A DNA stretch of 64,000 nucleotides from IMG/VR virus record IMGVR_UViG_3300032293_001439, positions 5,290 to 69,289 of that record, one strand, 5' to 3'. Every line of letters starts with the position of its first letter. The first letter of the stretch is position 1. Position numbers and translations under genes: made by a program. Under the pieces are notes generated by a model. That model was not told the DNA's origin. It saw only the letters and a program-made list of their open reading frames with translations, and did not search any database. Origin of the DNA: a virus (Duplodnaviria; Caudoviricetes). This document shows, piece after piece, positions 28,551 through 37,856 of this stretch.

Positions 28551-28566
28551 ATATACACGAAATTAT
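28551..28566 (-). promoter_or_regulatory. Candidate late promoter motif ATAATTTCGTGTATAT (copy 1)
   Basis: Identical 16-mer at 61264-61279; ends 33 nt before the ATG at 28517. Confidence 0.6.
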
Positions 28567-31500
28567 GCGCCGGGATTTACTTCTACTATAGCATATTGCG
28601 CCCAACCGCCGTTAAATGCCAAGGTTCTGTCTATACTATAGTGACTAGGATCGTTGTGGTAAAAATAGAAGATATCATACTCTTTTGATTGTCCTGAGTC
28701 ATTATTGAGTGATACAGAAGTGGATAAATTTCCTTCTATTAATTCTTCACCATTATTACTAGGCTTGGTTAGCCTTGTGGTCGGAACCACTTCTTTTGGT
28801 GCTGGATCATATCCATACTTTTCTTTTACAATAAACTTGACATTATTCCAAACAGCGCCAGTTCCGGTGGATCCTAGATATTGTGGTTGTAGGTTGGCAC
28901 GAACAGATGTCATTCCTTCTTCGCCTTCTGTAATTTCTATTGGTGATGTATTGCCCCCATCATCTCCTTCTGCTCCAGATATTGGCTCCTCTCCACCGCC
29001 GCCCTCTCCACCGCCGCCCTCTCCACCGCCGCCCTCTCCACCGCCCTCGTCCTCCTCACCACCGCCAATTGACCCATTAGCTCCAACAGACATTATTTCT
29101 ATTGTTGTGCCATCTGGATATACAAATGTATCACCAATAGCGTACCCCGTTCCACCAGTTTTAATAGAAATACTATCTTTTACAATACCAACATAATTTA
29201 TCATATAAACAAAACCACCATTTGTTAATAATTTTGCTCTTCTAATTGTGTTATACTCCCACAAGCTATATGGAGCTAAATTACCCGGATTAGTATCTGT
29301 TGGTGGTGTTATGGACGTTCCAACCCCAAGGTGAGATCCGCCAGCATTTTCGTTAGCGTAAGCTGTTGGAATTTTAAAATCAACTTCAGACCGACCCGAA
29401 ATTTCATCTCCAGAATCATTTAGACGATTTATCAATACCGGTAAACCGCTAGGGGCGGGGTAATCGATTATTTGTTCAATATCTGGAGTAGAAGGATTAA
29501 AGTGTAGAGGAGTAAACATATGCCCAAAGTAAAAAGTTTGGTGTATGGGCCAACCTTCGAATACTCTAACGTGTAGGGATGTTGTACCCATACTATCTAT
29601 ATCATCAGTTCGCACTCTATCTCCCCACTGTGGAAAAGAATTCACAGAAATAGGAGCGTCTGGCTGATTCCATCCTATTCCTCCACCAATTGGCAAAATG
29701 ATTGGCTCATTAATATCGGCTGGACTAACTACTGTCTGTTTTTGCATACCAAAAAGTTGCGATGTTTCAAAAACCAGAGAATCTGCCGAAGTCTTCATTT
29801 TGCTCTTACAAGTAAGAACAGGTATCATCATAGATCTTCTATTGCCACGAACAATTGGTAATATAAGATAAGCGACACCTAATGGTGAGGGATGTCGATT
29901 GGCTACCGGTTGTGTAAAATTAGATGTCAACAAGCCTTCAAGATTGTATGCATTTCCATAATCTATATCCACAAACCGCTCTGAGGTTGCGGCTACATAA
30001 ATTTCGTCCCTGCTATCACTTCTCCACCAATCGTGAATAACTTCTCCAAATAATGGACTTGCCCAAAAGTCACTCATTGGCGCAACACCATTTCTGAAAT
30101 ATAAATCGTAGTAATAATCTACACTAGACCTTAAACTAGCATATTGATCATTATCCAATAGCGATCTACTATATAACTGTTCTATAGACATAGACGAAAA
30201 CTGAATTCGATTTGGTTTTGCTGGTTCTAGTCCATACACATGGTTTGATTCTGGTTCTAATCTATCATGCGTACTGTATGGTCGAAAAGGGTATGCACTT
30301 CTAGGCAGTCGAACATCATTATTTAAAGAAACAGCATCATAAAAATATTTGATGTAATCAGTAGAATTAAAGTTCAGCCCATACTCACTAGTGTATACCT
30401 GCCCATCTATGAATATGCCGGTTGTTTTTTTTACATATTTAAAAGGATCTTCCTGCTTGGGATAATCACCAAACAAACTTATTAAACCGAGATTTGTTAC
30501 TTGATCCTTTGTATATGGATAAGAAAGGCTAGACAATACTGATAGTTCTTTAAGATTTCTATCGTTAGCAAACAATGGATTATTTTTAAAGATCTCTCTT
30601 TTTTCTGCTATTACTGGTGCTGTGCTATTAGTTTTATAGCCATCTGGAAATAGCATACCCCAAAAGAATGGAACTTCATCTCCATACAAAGGATCATCTA
30701 AAGCTGAAGTAAATACGTCGGTTGGAGATAAGTTGTCTCCAGCCAACGATAGTTTTCTTGCTGTTTTTAAAAGTACATTCTTTGGTAAAGCGTTTGTTAT
30801 TTCGTCAAAACTTATATCTGGATAAAATAAATGTGATCCACCATTTTTAACAATATCCCTCAAGAGAAAATTATCTGTGTCACGTTTTTTTTCTGCATCT
30901 GCTTCTTTCAATAATTCAACCGCTTCTTCTGGGGTATAGTTATCTTTGATGTATTGTATTGGATCATCGATGTCGGTTGGTATTGTGGAAGCAAAAATAT
31001 TCAATAATACAATTTTATTTGTATCGTTCCTTGTAGTATCAATACCATGTATGGTTGTTATAGATGCTAGGTCTATGTAATAGGAATTCCTCATTTTTCT
31101 GGCAAAATCATCGGGCATTACTTTTTCTAAACTGATGCCATTGAATGCAACATGAGCAAAGTAAGAGTTTGCTGGTATGATATATTGTTGATATTCAAAA
31201 TTACCGAATGTAATCTTTTTGGTTAATGATTGTTCACCTGTTGGTAAAATTACCCATTCGCCATTGATCCTACTACACATTACCAATTGACCGCTTTTGA
31301 AACCTTGGGCGGCTCTATTTACTACCGTTATTACAGATTTAGCAGAAGAACTAGCACATCCACCTTTAAAATTGGGTCCATACATATGTGGATTTCCATT
31401 CTCCATACTTAATGGAATACCGCGCCCTTTCTTAAAGTTGCCCATAAATAAATCAGATTCGGGAGAGTCATAACAATCTTCTGCTGTTGCGCTTAAAAGA

Positions 31501-32330
31501 GCCTCTCCGCTAATGTCAGACATTTCTGCTGGTTCAATATCATCAATTAATCTTACCAATATTTGCTGTGTGCCAGATTCAAATTCTCCGGTTGTTGGAT
31601 CATATGCTAATCGTAAATTTCCAGCAGCAGTATTTTTTGGATTATTATCGCCACCTTCAAGTGGACCAGAGTACTGACCGATTCCAAGTTGGTTTGTTTG
31701 ATTTAAACTATATCGCAAACCTTCGGCGGTTTGTGGAATAGCGGAAATCAATGGAGAACCTCTAAAAGCTATTGTTCTAGATGATTGATTATCTCTAGAG
31801 TATGTTGGCACAAGCACGATGTTCGCGGTACGCTGTCCTCCAAGAACAGTAAATGTAGCTTTAAATGATAAACATCCAGATACGCTGTTATGAATTTTAT
31901 CAACAATAGCTCTATATGTATTTGCTTGTAGTTGTGGTATACTTGGATCACCGATCTGAACTTTATTCCAATTATCTAAGAATATGTCGATAGAAGCGGC
32001 TGCAACTGGTTGATATTTTGTAACTGGATATTTTTGTGGATTTAATTTAACAATCTCTGTTAATCCCGTTTTTATCTTATATGTCTTGTCTACTATATCA
32101 AAATCTAATATTTGCATAGTTCCTTCTAATCCAAGTCCGCGTATCTTATCTCTTACCGAAGCGTCTCCAGAAAAGAATTCTGCCGAATCTGGATTTGGTC
32201 TGGCCGGATTAAAAAATTCAAAAACGCTAGATTTTGTATAATTTCCAAGTCCTATAGATAGCAAAGCTAGATCTTCTGTAGAATATCTATGAAAGTCCGT
32301 TGTTTTAGAGTAAAAATTGATATCAAACAT
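28563..32330 (-). CDS. Large tail/structural protein (1255 aa)
   Basis: Long ORF in the tail module; GGTGYAIGD repeat-type motif near the C-terminus. Confidence 0.65.
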   Translation of the reverse strand: MFDINFYSKTTDFHRYSTEDLALLSIGLGNYTKSSVFEFFNPARPNPDSAEFFSGDASVRDKIRGLGLEGTMQILDFDIVDKTYKIKTGLTEIVKLNPQKYPVTKYQPVAAASIDIFLDNWNKVQIGDPSIPQLQANTYRAIVDKIHNSVSGCLSFKATFTVLGGQRTANIVLVPTYSRDNQSSRTIAFRGSPLISAIPQTAEGLRYSLNQTNQLGIGQYSGPLEGGDNNPKNTAAGNLRLAYDPTTGEFESGTQQILVRLIDDIEPAEMSDISGEALLSATAEDCYDSPESDLFMGNFKKGRGIPLSMENGNPHMYGPNFKGGCASSSAKSVITVVNRAAQGFKSGQLVMCSRINGEWVILPTGEQSLTKKITFGNFEYQQYIIPANSYFAHVAFNGISLEKVMPDDFARKMRNSYYIDLASITTIHGIDTTRNDTNKIVLLNIFASTIPTDIDDPIQYIKDNYTPEEAVELLKEADAEKKRDTDNFLLRDIVKNGGSHLFYPDISFDEITNALPKNVLLKTARKLSLAGDNLSPTDVFTSALDDPLYGDEVPFFWGMLFPDGYKTNSTAPVIAEKREIFKNNPLFANDRNLKELSVLSSLSYPYTKDQVTNLGLISLFGDYPKQEDPFKYVKKTTGIFIDGQVYTSEYGLNFNSTDYIKYFYDAVSLNNDVRLPRSAYPFRPYSTHDRLEPESNHVYGLEPAKPNRIQFSSMSIEQLYSRSLLDNDQYASLRSSVDYYYDLYFRNGVAPMSDFWASPLFGEVIHDWWRSDSRDEIYVAATSERFVDIDYGNAYNLEGLLTSNFTQPVANRHPSPLGVAYLILPIVRGNRRSMMIPVLTCKSKMKTSADSLVFETSQLFGMQKQTVVSPADINEPIILPIGGGIGWNQPDAPISVNSFPQWGDRVRTDDIDSMGTTSLHVRVFEGWPIHQTFYFGHMFTPLHFNPSTPDIEQIIDYPAPSGLPVLINRLNDSGDEISGRSEVDFKIPTAYANENAGGSHLGVGTSITPPTDTNPGNLAPYSLWEYNTIRRAKLLTNGGFVYMINYVGIVKDSISIKTGGTGYAIGDTFVYPDGTTIEIMSVGANGSIGGGEEDEGGGEGGGGEGGGGEGGGGEEPISGAEGDDGGNTSPIEITEGEEGMTSVRANLQPQYLGSTGTGAVWNNVKFIVKEKYGYDPAPKEVVPTTRLTKPSNNGEELIEGNLSTSVSLNNDSGQSKEYDIFYFYHNDPSHYSIDRTLAFNGGWAQYAIVEVNPGA
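28988..29045. repeat. Perfect 15-bp tandem repeat (CCTCTCCACCGCCGC)x~3.9 encoding (EGGGG)n
   Basis: Read directly from the sequence; GC-rich island in an AT-rich gene. Confidence 0.95.
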
Positions 32331-35300
32331 TATGCTCTATCTCCATATATCATTACGTTTCTTTGAGAGTCATCCTCATCGTCAATAAAATAAAGTTCAT
32401 TATAAGCATCTAGCGAAGAATTTGGTCTACTAGACATATTTGCATGGTATCCATGAGAAGCCGGGGTAAATAATCCATCGTCACCAACTAGTTCCGATGA
32501 TGCAGAATTTTGATAATTTTCTGCCAGTTGAAATTGATCGATAAAATTTTGTGCGGTCTGACCAATTAGTGAGCTATTTTGCATCGATCCATATGTATCA
32601 TATTGAGTATTTAATATTGGAGTAGTATTACTTGAAGCTACTGAACTTGACCAATTTTTATTAGTAGATGGACTTACGGATGCTACTATTCTAGTACTGG
32701 CGTTTGCTAAACCTAATCCTAATTGATCTAATCCCGGAACGTCGCCCCTCATAAATGAATTATATTCACTAAGGAAGTTTCTATTATTTTGATTTTTCCC
32801 AAGACCTTTTCTAATAAGAGCATTACGCTCACTATTAAGCTTCTTTCTTTCTCTGCTAATTTTTGATATTTCATCAGATTTTTGTTTTTGTAGTTTACCA
32901 AAACTAGCAGTATAGAGATCCATTTGATATGTTGTTCTAGCTCCACCAGTAGAAACATCCATATTTATACTAGTAACTAGTGGACCGCCATCTATTAAAG
33001 CTTTACATAGTGAATTACCCAGTGGTATTGTGGGAATAGTAAATGAACCCCTCTCACTAAATAACATAAGACTATTAGAGAATTCTGCTTGTAGCCTTCC
33101 TGCTTGATTTAATAAATCATATCCACCATAATTCCAAGGAGATAGATTCTCATCTTTTATAAAATCTACTCTTCCGCCTATGTTTTGTAATAAATATCCC
33201 TGACCATCTAAATTGGACGAAACCCAAGGTCCATAACATCTATCGGTTGACATTAAAGGCAAAGCAACAAGATCTGGATAAACGGGCGATGGCATGGTCC
33301 AATTAAGTGCTTGTGGAAAACCAAACGACATAGCGCTATGAATTTTTTTCATCGCTAACCAAGCATGAACTCTAGCATCGCTTGGTGTATTTTGTCCAAG
33401 TTGTCTTACCGAGTTCCACGGTGGTGTTTGTGGTGGGTTTGTTGGTAATTCAAATCCCGGTAATCCTCTAACAACATCCATAGTCATAAGATGTTTGAAT
33501 CTTTCCGCTGACATTGTTTGGAAATGACCGTCACGATGTCTTGAGTCTTTGTTTGGAAGTACTCTGTTTGGTAAAGTTATTAAAGCATAAACATGATCTC
33601 TATTTAGATTAGCCAATTCGGTATCGATATAAACAGAATCAAACGCTGTAGCTCCTCCGGGATAAGTAAAGTTAAAATTATAAGTTTGAAAATCAAGTAC
33701 TTGAGCGTTTGAACCCGGTATTGGAAGTGGAACAAAGTTCGCCTTATAAAACGATAAGCTGTCTATATAAACCCCACTACCGGGAACAAATGCTCCATTC
33801 TCTATGCCAGAACATGGAATGTATATTTTCTTAGGTGATGACTTAATACCAATATCTTTTACTTGTTGACCGTGTACGGCTAGGTCTACAACTAAAGTTT
33901 TTGGTGGCATATAAAGGTTTTCATCAACAGAACACTTTAGGAAAACCACCTGTCCCGGAGCCGGTTGACCACCATTATTTTGATTAGATGCCGTATTTGG
34001 AAAACTATGGAATTCATCTGGGCCAGTATTGTCGAGAGCATCAGAAATGTCTGTGATAAATCCATTTGCTGTTATAAACTGTTGAGTATAATCGGAACTA
34101 TTCAAGCCTTCAAGAGTCAAAAATTGACTGTGATCAAATCTAACATAAGCACTTATTCTTCCGTCTTCGTTTAAGAAATTTGTTAAGTCTTGTGGTATTA
34201 GCATTTGTTTAACACCACTAGGAAGATTATTCCAATTTGCTTGACTTATAGCATTTATATTACTAACGCCAAGAGTGTTAGCATAAAGATCAAAATTAAA
34301 ATATCCGCCAATACTCATCGGTTTATAATTTGATTCATATTTTTCAGTAAGTGGATTAAAGTTTATGGACAAAGCTCCACCAAATTTTGTTGGATTAGGA
34401 CTTGTTGCGCTACTTAGAAAACTTTGTATCATATTTATAGCTGGTGGTACTGGTTGGGCGGCAGCGGCTACTTCTGATTTAAATCCCTGACTAAATTCAT
34501 ACGCAGGAAATATATTAGTCCCGACCATCGTTTTGGTGGTTCTTGGTTTGAATCCAAATGGGCCTCGCGTATATTCTCCAGTTTGTATATTTGGACAAAA
34601 TATTTGGTTGTCGTAAAATAGATTAACTTCTTTTGGAATCTTAACAAGAAATTTTTTACCCAAACACTCTTCTGCTACAGATTTAACAAATTCATATACC
34701 TTCATAGCATTTTTATTATTTTTCTTTGCAATGCTTGGAAGTATAGCAAAAACATTGTTTCTATTTCTAGAGTTTGCTTCTAAAAGACCAACAGAAGTTT
34801 GTATGGTTGATACAATGTTCTGCGATGGTGTCTTTAATAGTGTTTCTAATTCATTCAAATACTGTTGTTCAAATTCTGAAAGTGGCTGTTGTTCGCTTAA
34901 CTGTCGTAATCTATTATATTGAGAGTTAATAATTCCTTGAGCGTTTAGTCTATCTGCTGATCTTAATTCTGCAAAATTTGTTTGCAGTGTTACCCATCTA
35001 CTATACAAATCTGTTAGTCCAGCTTCTGGTATCCCTATTTTGGTCATTCGTTTATAGTATAATGGATAACCATATGGAGGATTACACGGACTAAAAGGTA
35101 AACCGTCATCTCCATAGTCTGTTGTAGCGTATGTTTTAAATACGGACCTTGGAACGCTAACAGCGTAAGTATTAGACACCGCAAGAACTGGCGGGTTTAC
35201 TCCTTGTGGCGCTCCGGTCAATCCGGTTATAGCAGCATCATAACCATCATCTTTTTCTATAGAATCCATGTAAGTGTCATTGTATAGCTTCAAAAATTCT

Positions 35301-37474
35301 TTCCATCTATCAAAAGATATTAGCGCACACCTTAATTCCATTTCTGTGGCTACATAATAACTACCAACACCAGCAGCGTTTAAAGTGCTGGCATCCAATA
35401 GTATTTGTTGATAAGCTCCGAATCCTTTTGGGATAGTGATAGCGTGATTGCCCAACTTTCCATAGTATGGAAGAACTTGTTGTTCCAATGACGCTTCCAG
35501 AGTCCACTCATAGCCAAGTGGTTTATTTGGAAATACTCCATTTGTATTGGTTTTTTTAAATGCTAGTGTGTCTCTGTCCGCATTAGTAGAAAAATAATAC
35601 ATCTCTACTTCTTGAGCGCCGACTACGAATTTATCTGTAACTATATTACTTAATTCGTATCCAAGATCTTGATTTTCAACATAAATTTTATTAACAGCCA
35701 AAGCGTCGATATATTCTTTAACAGCACCATACTGTGGCTGAGAAGATCTATCAATAGCGTCTAGTCTGATTATTCCAGCTACTATGTCTTGTGATGAAGC
35801 AGATGAATTCCTATTATACAATGAGGAACATGCTGGATGATTAATAATAGGAAGTAAGCTAACAAATAAATCTCTATTTGTTATATCGCATATTTCTAGT
35901 GCTAGTTCTAACAGATTGATTTGATCAAAATCTAAAAAGTATGTTTTGGGTAAATCTGGTAATGATCCAAAATCAATTACATAATTGTATCCTCTAAAGT
36001 TTATTTTCCCCGCGAATCCTTGTTCTTTATATTCTAATGGAAGTCCGGTATAGTACTCTAAAACGCCATTAATAGCATCCTTTACTCTATAATAAGGAAT
36101 TCCCTGAGAACTCCTTCTTGAAAAACCCGTTCCTGTCATTGGAAACGTTGGTAAAGAACCGGCTATTAATTGACGCAGTGCGTTACGTTGAGTATTTAGT
36201 TGACCTTGTAAATTAGTAATTTGTGTAAGCTGGTATTGAACAGATGCAAACTGTCCACTTCTTTTAAAGTTCGATATTTGTATTCTAGCTAATTCAATAT
36301 CATTCTCAATTTGTTTTATAGCATACTTTACGTTGTCTATAGCCACCTCTGGTGGAAGCGATAGATAATACTTATCATCTCCAAGCAATGTAAAATTTCC
36401 AGTTATAGGATCAACAATTTTTTGTAATGGATATTCTATTGGACAAGTACCCTTTATTTCACTTATTGTGGCTGGTGTAGGATTATACTCTAAAAATCCA
36501 TATAGATTAAGCACATTTTTTTGAGCGTATGTTGACCCAGCATAATTATTTAGTATCAAAGTTACATTAGATAATATTTCTCTAGGATCAACAACGTTCA
36601 CAGTATATAATGGGTTTCCGTTTGGAGTTCTATTTTGAGTATATGATTGCAATATTCCACCAAAAACTATATGATCTCTACCTTTAGATGGGCCGGTTCT
36701 GTGACTATAGGATAGTACCGACCTAGCTGCTGTTGCTAATTTTATTTGTCCACCGTCAACAAAATCGATCAAATCAAGATCAACATAAGACACCGGTGGA
36801 ACAGAATTAACAGTACCTCTATCAATAATATTATTCATCGTCGCTCCAGCCCCAGTAAGTTGTGGTGGAGTCATATCTACAGTTTGATATTGGTATAAAT
36901 CATCAAATGTTTTTTTAAATGCTTCTTCTACTGTAGCAAAATTTGGACCAAACTTAAAGAATACTGGTGATCCCGGTATTGGTGGAACAAAGTTGTCTCC
37001 GATTGTTTTAGATATGCCACCCACAGTAACTCGTTGAGCGCCGCTGTGATAAACATCATCACCAAAACCAGCAAGGGTATTATCGGAACTATTATATTCG
37101 TCTACTACCAAGTCTACTGTTAATGATGAGCTATTATCACCAAATCCTCCGGTCATATTGAAACTTCGGATACTCGCCCCCAAGAATGTTTGCTGTGGAA
37201 ATCCTTGGGCGTTAGCAGACCACTTAGCAGATGATAATGATTCTGGTATAGCTCCGCTCTGCAATGCTGTTGTTAAATTAGGCCAGTATCCACTTGCTGG
37301 AATAATAGAGTGTTGGTTTGGATTTAATGTCGTTGTTGTCGGTGGAGTAGTCTCTTGATCTATTAACTGGCTTGGAGTATTTGGGCCATCTGAAACATTT
37401 TCTTTGTTTAAAAAAATGCCATTCTTAGAAAGTATCTCTTTTGATGGATTGTTATTTTGAGATGCGTTGCTCAT
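32330..37474 (-). CDS. Large tail-tip/hub-like protein (1714 aa)
   Basis: FGGIL..Y...YTVNVVDPREIL and C-terminal VTSINMDVSTGGARTTY resemble tail-hub patterns; position downstream of the TMP. Confidence 0.6.
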   Translation of the reverse strand: MSNASQNNNPSKEILSKNGIFLNKENVSDGPNTPSQLIDQETTPPTTTTLNPNQHSIIPASGYWPNLTTALQSGAIPESLSSAKWSANAQGFPQQTFLGASIRSFNMTGGFGDNSSSLTVDLVVDEYNSSDNTLAGFGDDVYHSGAQRVTVGGISKTIGDNFVPPIPGSPVFFKFGPNFATVEEAFKKTFDDLYQYQTVDMTPPQLTGAGATMNNIIDRGTVNSVPPVSYVDLDLIDFVDGGQIKLATAARSVLSYSHRTGPSKGRDHIVFGGILQSYTQNRTPNGNPLYTVNVVDPREILSNVTLILNNYAGSTYAQKNVLNLYGFLEYNPTPATISEIKGTCPIEYPLQKIVDPITGNFTLLGDDKYYLSLPPEVAIDNVKYAIKQIENDIELARIQISNFKRSGQFASVQYQLTQITNLQGQLNTQRNALRQLIAGSLPTFPMTGTGFSRRSSQGIPYYRVKDAINGVLEYYTGLPLEYKEQGFAGKINFRGYNYVIDFGSLPDLPKTYFLDFDQINLLELALEICDITNRDLFVSLLPIINHPACSSLYNRNSSASSQDIVAGIIRLDAIDRSSQPQYGAVKEYIDALAVNKIYVENQDLGYELSNIVTDKFVVGAQEVEMYYFSTNADRDTLAFKKTNTNGVFPNKPLGYEWTLEASLEQQVLPYYGKLGNHAITIPKGFGAYQQILLDASTLNAAGVGSYYVATEMELRCALISFDRWKEFLKLYNDTYMDSIEKDDGYDAAITGLTGAPQGVNPPVLAVSNTYAVSVPRSVFKTYATTDYGDDGLPFSPCNPPYGYPLYYKRMTKIGIPEAGLTDLYSRWVTLQTNFAELRSADRLNAQGIINSQYNRLRQLSEQQPLSEFEQQYLNELETLLKTPSQNIVSTIQTSVGLLEANSRNRNNVFAILPSIAKKNNKNAMKVYEFVKSVAEECLGKKFLVKIPKEVNLFYDNQIFCPNIQTGEYTRGPFGFKPRTTKTMVGTNIFPAYEFSQGFKSEVAAAAQPVPPAINMIQSFLSSATSPNPTKFGGALSINFNPLTEKYESNYKPMSIGGYFNFDLYANTLGVSNINAISQANWNNLPSGVKQMLIPQDLTNFLNEDGRISAYVRFDHSQFLTLEGLNSSDYTQQFITANGFITDISDALDNTGPDEFHSFPNTASNQNNGGQPAPGQVVFLKCSVDENLYMPPKTLVVDLAVHGQQVKDIGIKSSPKKIYIPCSGIENGAFVPGSGVYIDSLSFYKANFVPLPIPGSNAQVLDFQTYNFNFTYPGGATAFDSVYIDTELANLNRDHVYALITLPNRVLPNKDSRHRDGHFQTMSAERFKHLMTMDVVRGLPGFELPTNPPQTPPWNSVRQLGQNTPSDARVHAWLAMKKIHSAMSFGFPQALNWTMPSPVYPDLVALPLMSTDRCYGPWVSSNLDGQGYLLQNIGGRVDFIKDENLSPWNYGGYDLLNQAGRLQAEFSNSLMLFSERGSFTIPTIPLGNSLCKALIDGGPLVTSINMDVSTGGARTTYQMDLYTASFGKLQKQKSDEISKISRERKKLNSERNALIRKGLGKNQNNRNFLSEYNSFMRGDVPGLDQLGLGLANASTRIVASVSPSTNKNWSSSVASSNTTPILNTQYDTYGSMQNSSLIGQTAQNFIDQFQLAENYQNSASSELVGDDGLFTPASHGYHANMSSRPNSSLDAYNELYFIDDEDDSQRNVMIYGDRA

Positions 37475-37851
37475 ACTCTATACTTTCTACTATATACATT
37501 GAATACATTGACTGTTTGTATCAAAAAATCTTGTGGGTCAAAAATCATTGTTGATATACTATGATGCCTAAATGGATTAAATAAATCCATATTATCAACA
37601 AAGTAATTTCCACTAGAAAATGTATTAGCTGGTGCTGATAGTAAAGAGCTATCTGTTTGTAATAATGGTGGTGTTAATGGTAAAATAGGCCGAGACAATA
37701 TTGCAGTATTAGGAGTTATTGCACCTGTAATATCTTGAGCGTATTGCGATGGTCCATAACTTTTTTGATCATATATACCACTATTTGCCCAAATTTCTTT
37801 GGATGGATTATTGTCATCGTTGTTAAGGTAATAACTTGGCTGTTCTGGCAT
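37471..37851 (-). CDS. Small hypothetical protein sharing an N-terminal motif with the downstream gene
   Basis: Fills the gap with an ATGA overlap; NNPSKEI motif shared with the 1714-aa protein. Confidence 0.55.
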   Translation of the reverse strand: MPEQPSYYLNNDDNNPSKEIWANSGIYDQKSYGPSQYAQDITGAITPNTAILSRPILPLTPPLLQTDSSLLSAPANTFSSGNYFVDNMDLFNPFRHHSISTMIFDPQDFLIQTVNVFNVYSRKYRV

Positions 37852-37856
37852 GATGT

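Noticed and set aside
28705-29196. 163-aa proline-rich + strand ORF
   Set aside because: Antisense shadow of the Gly/Glu repeat in the 1255-aa gene.
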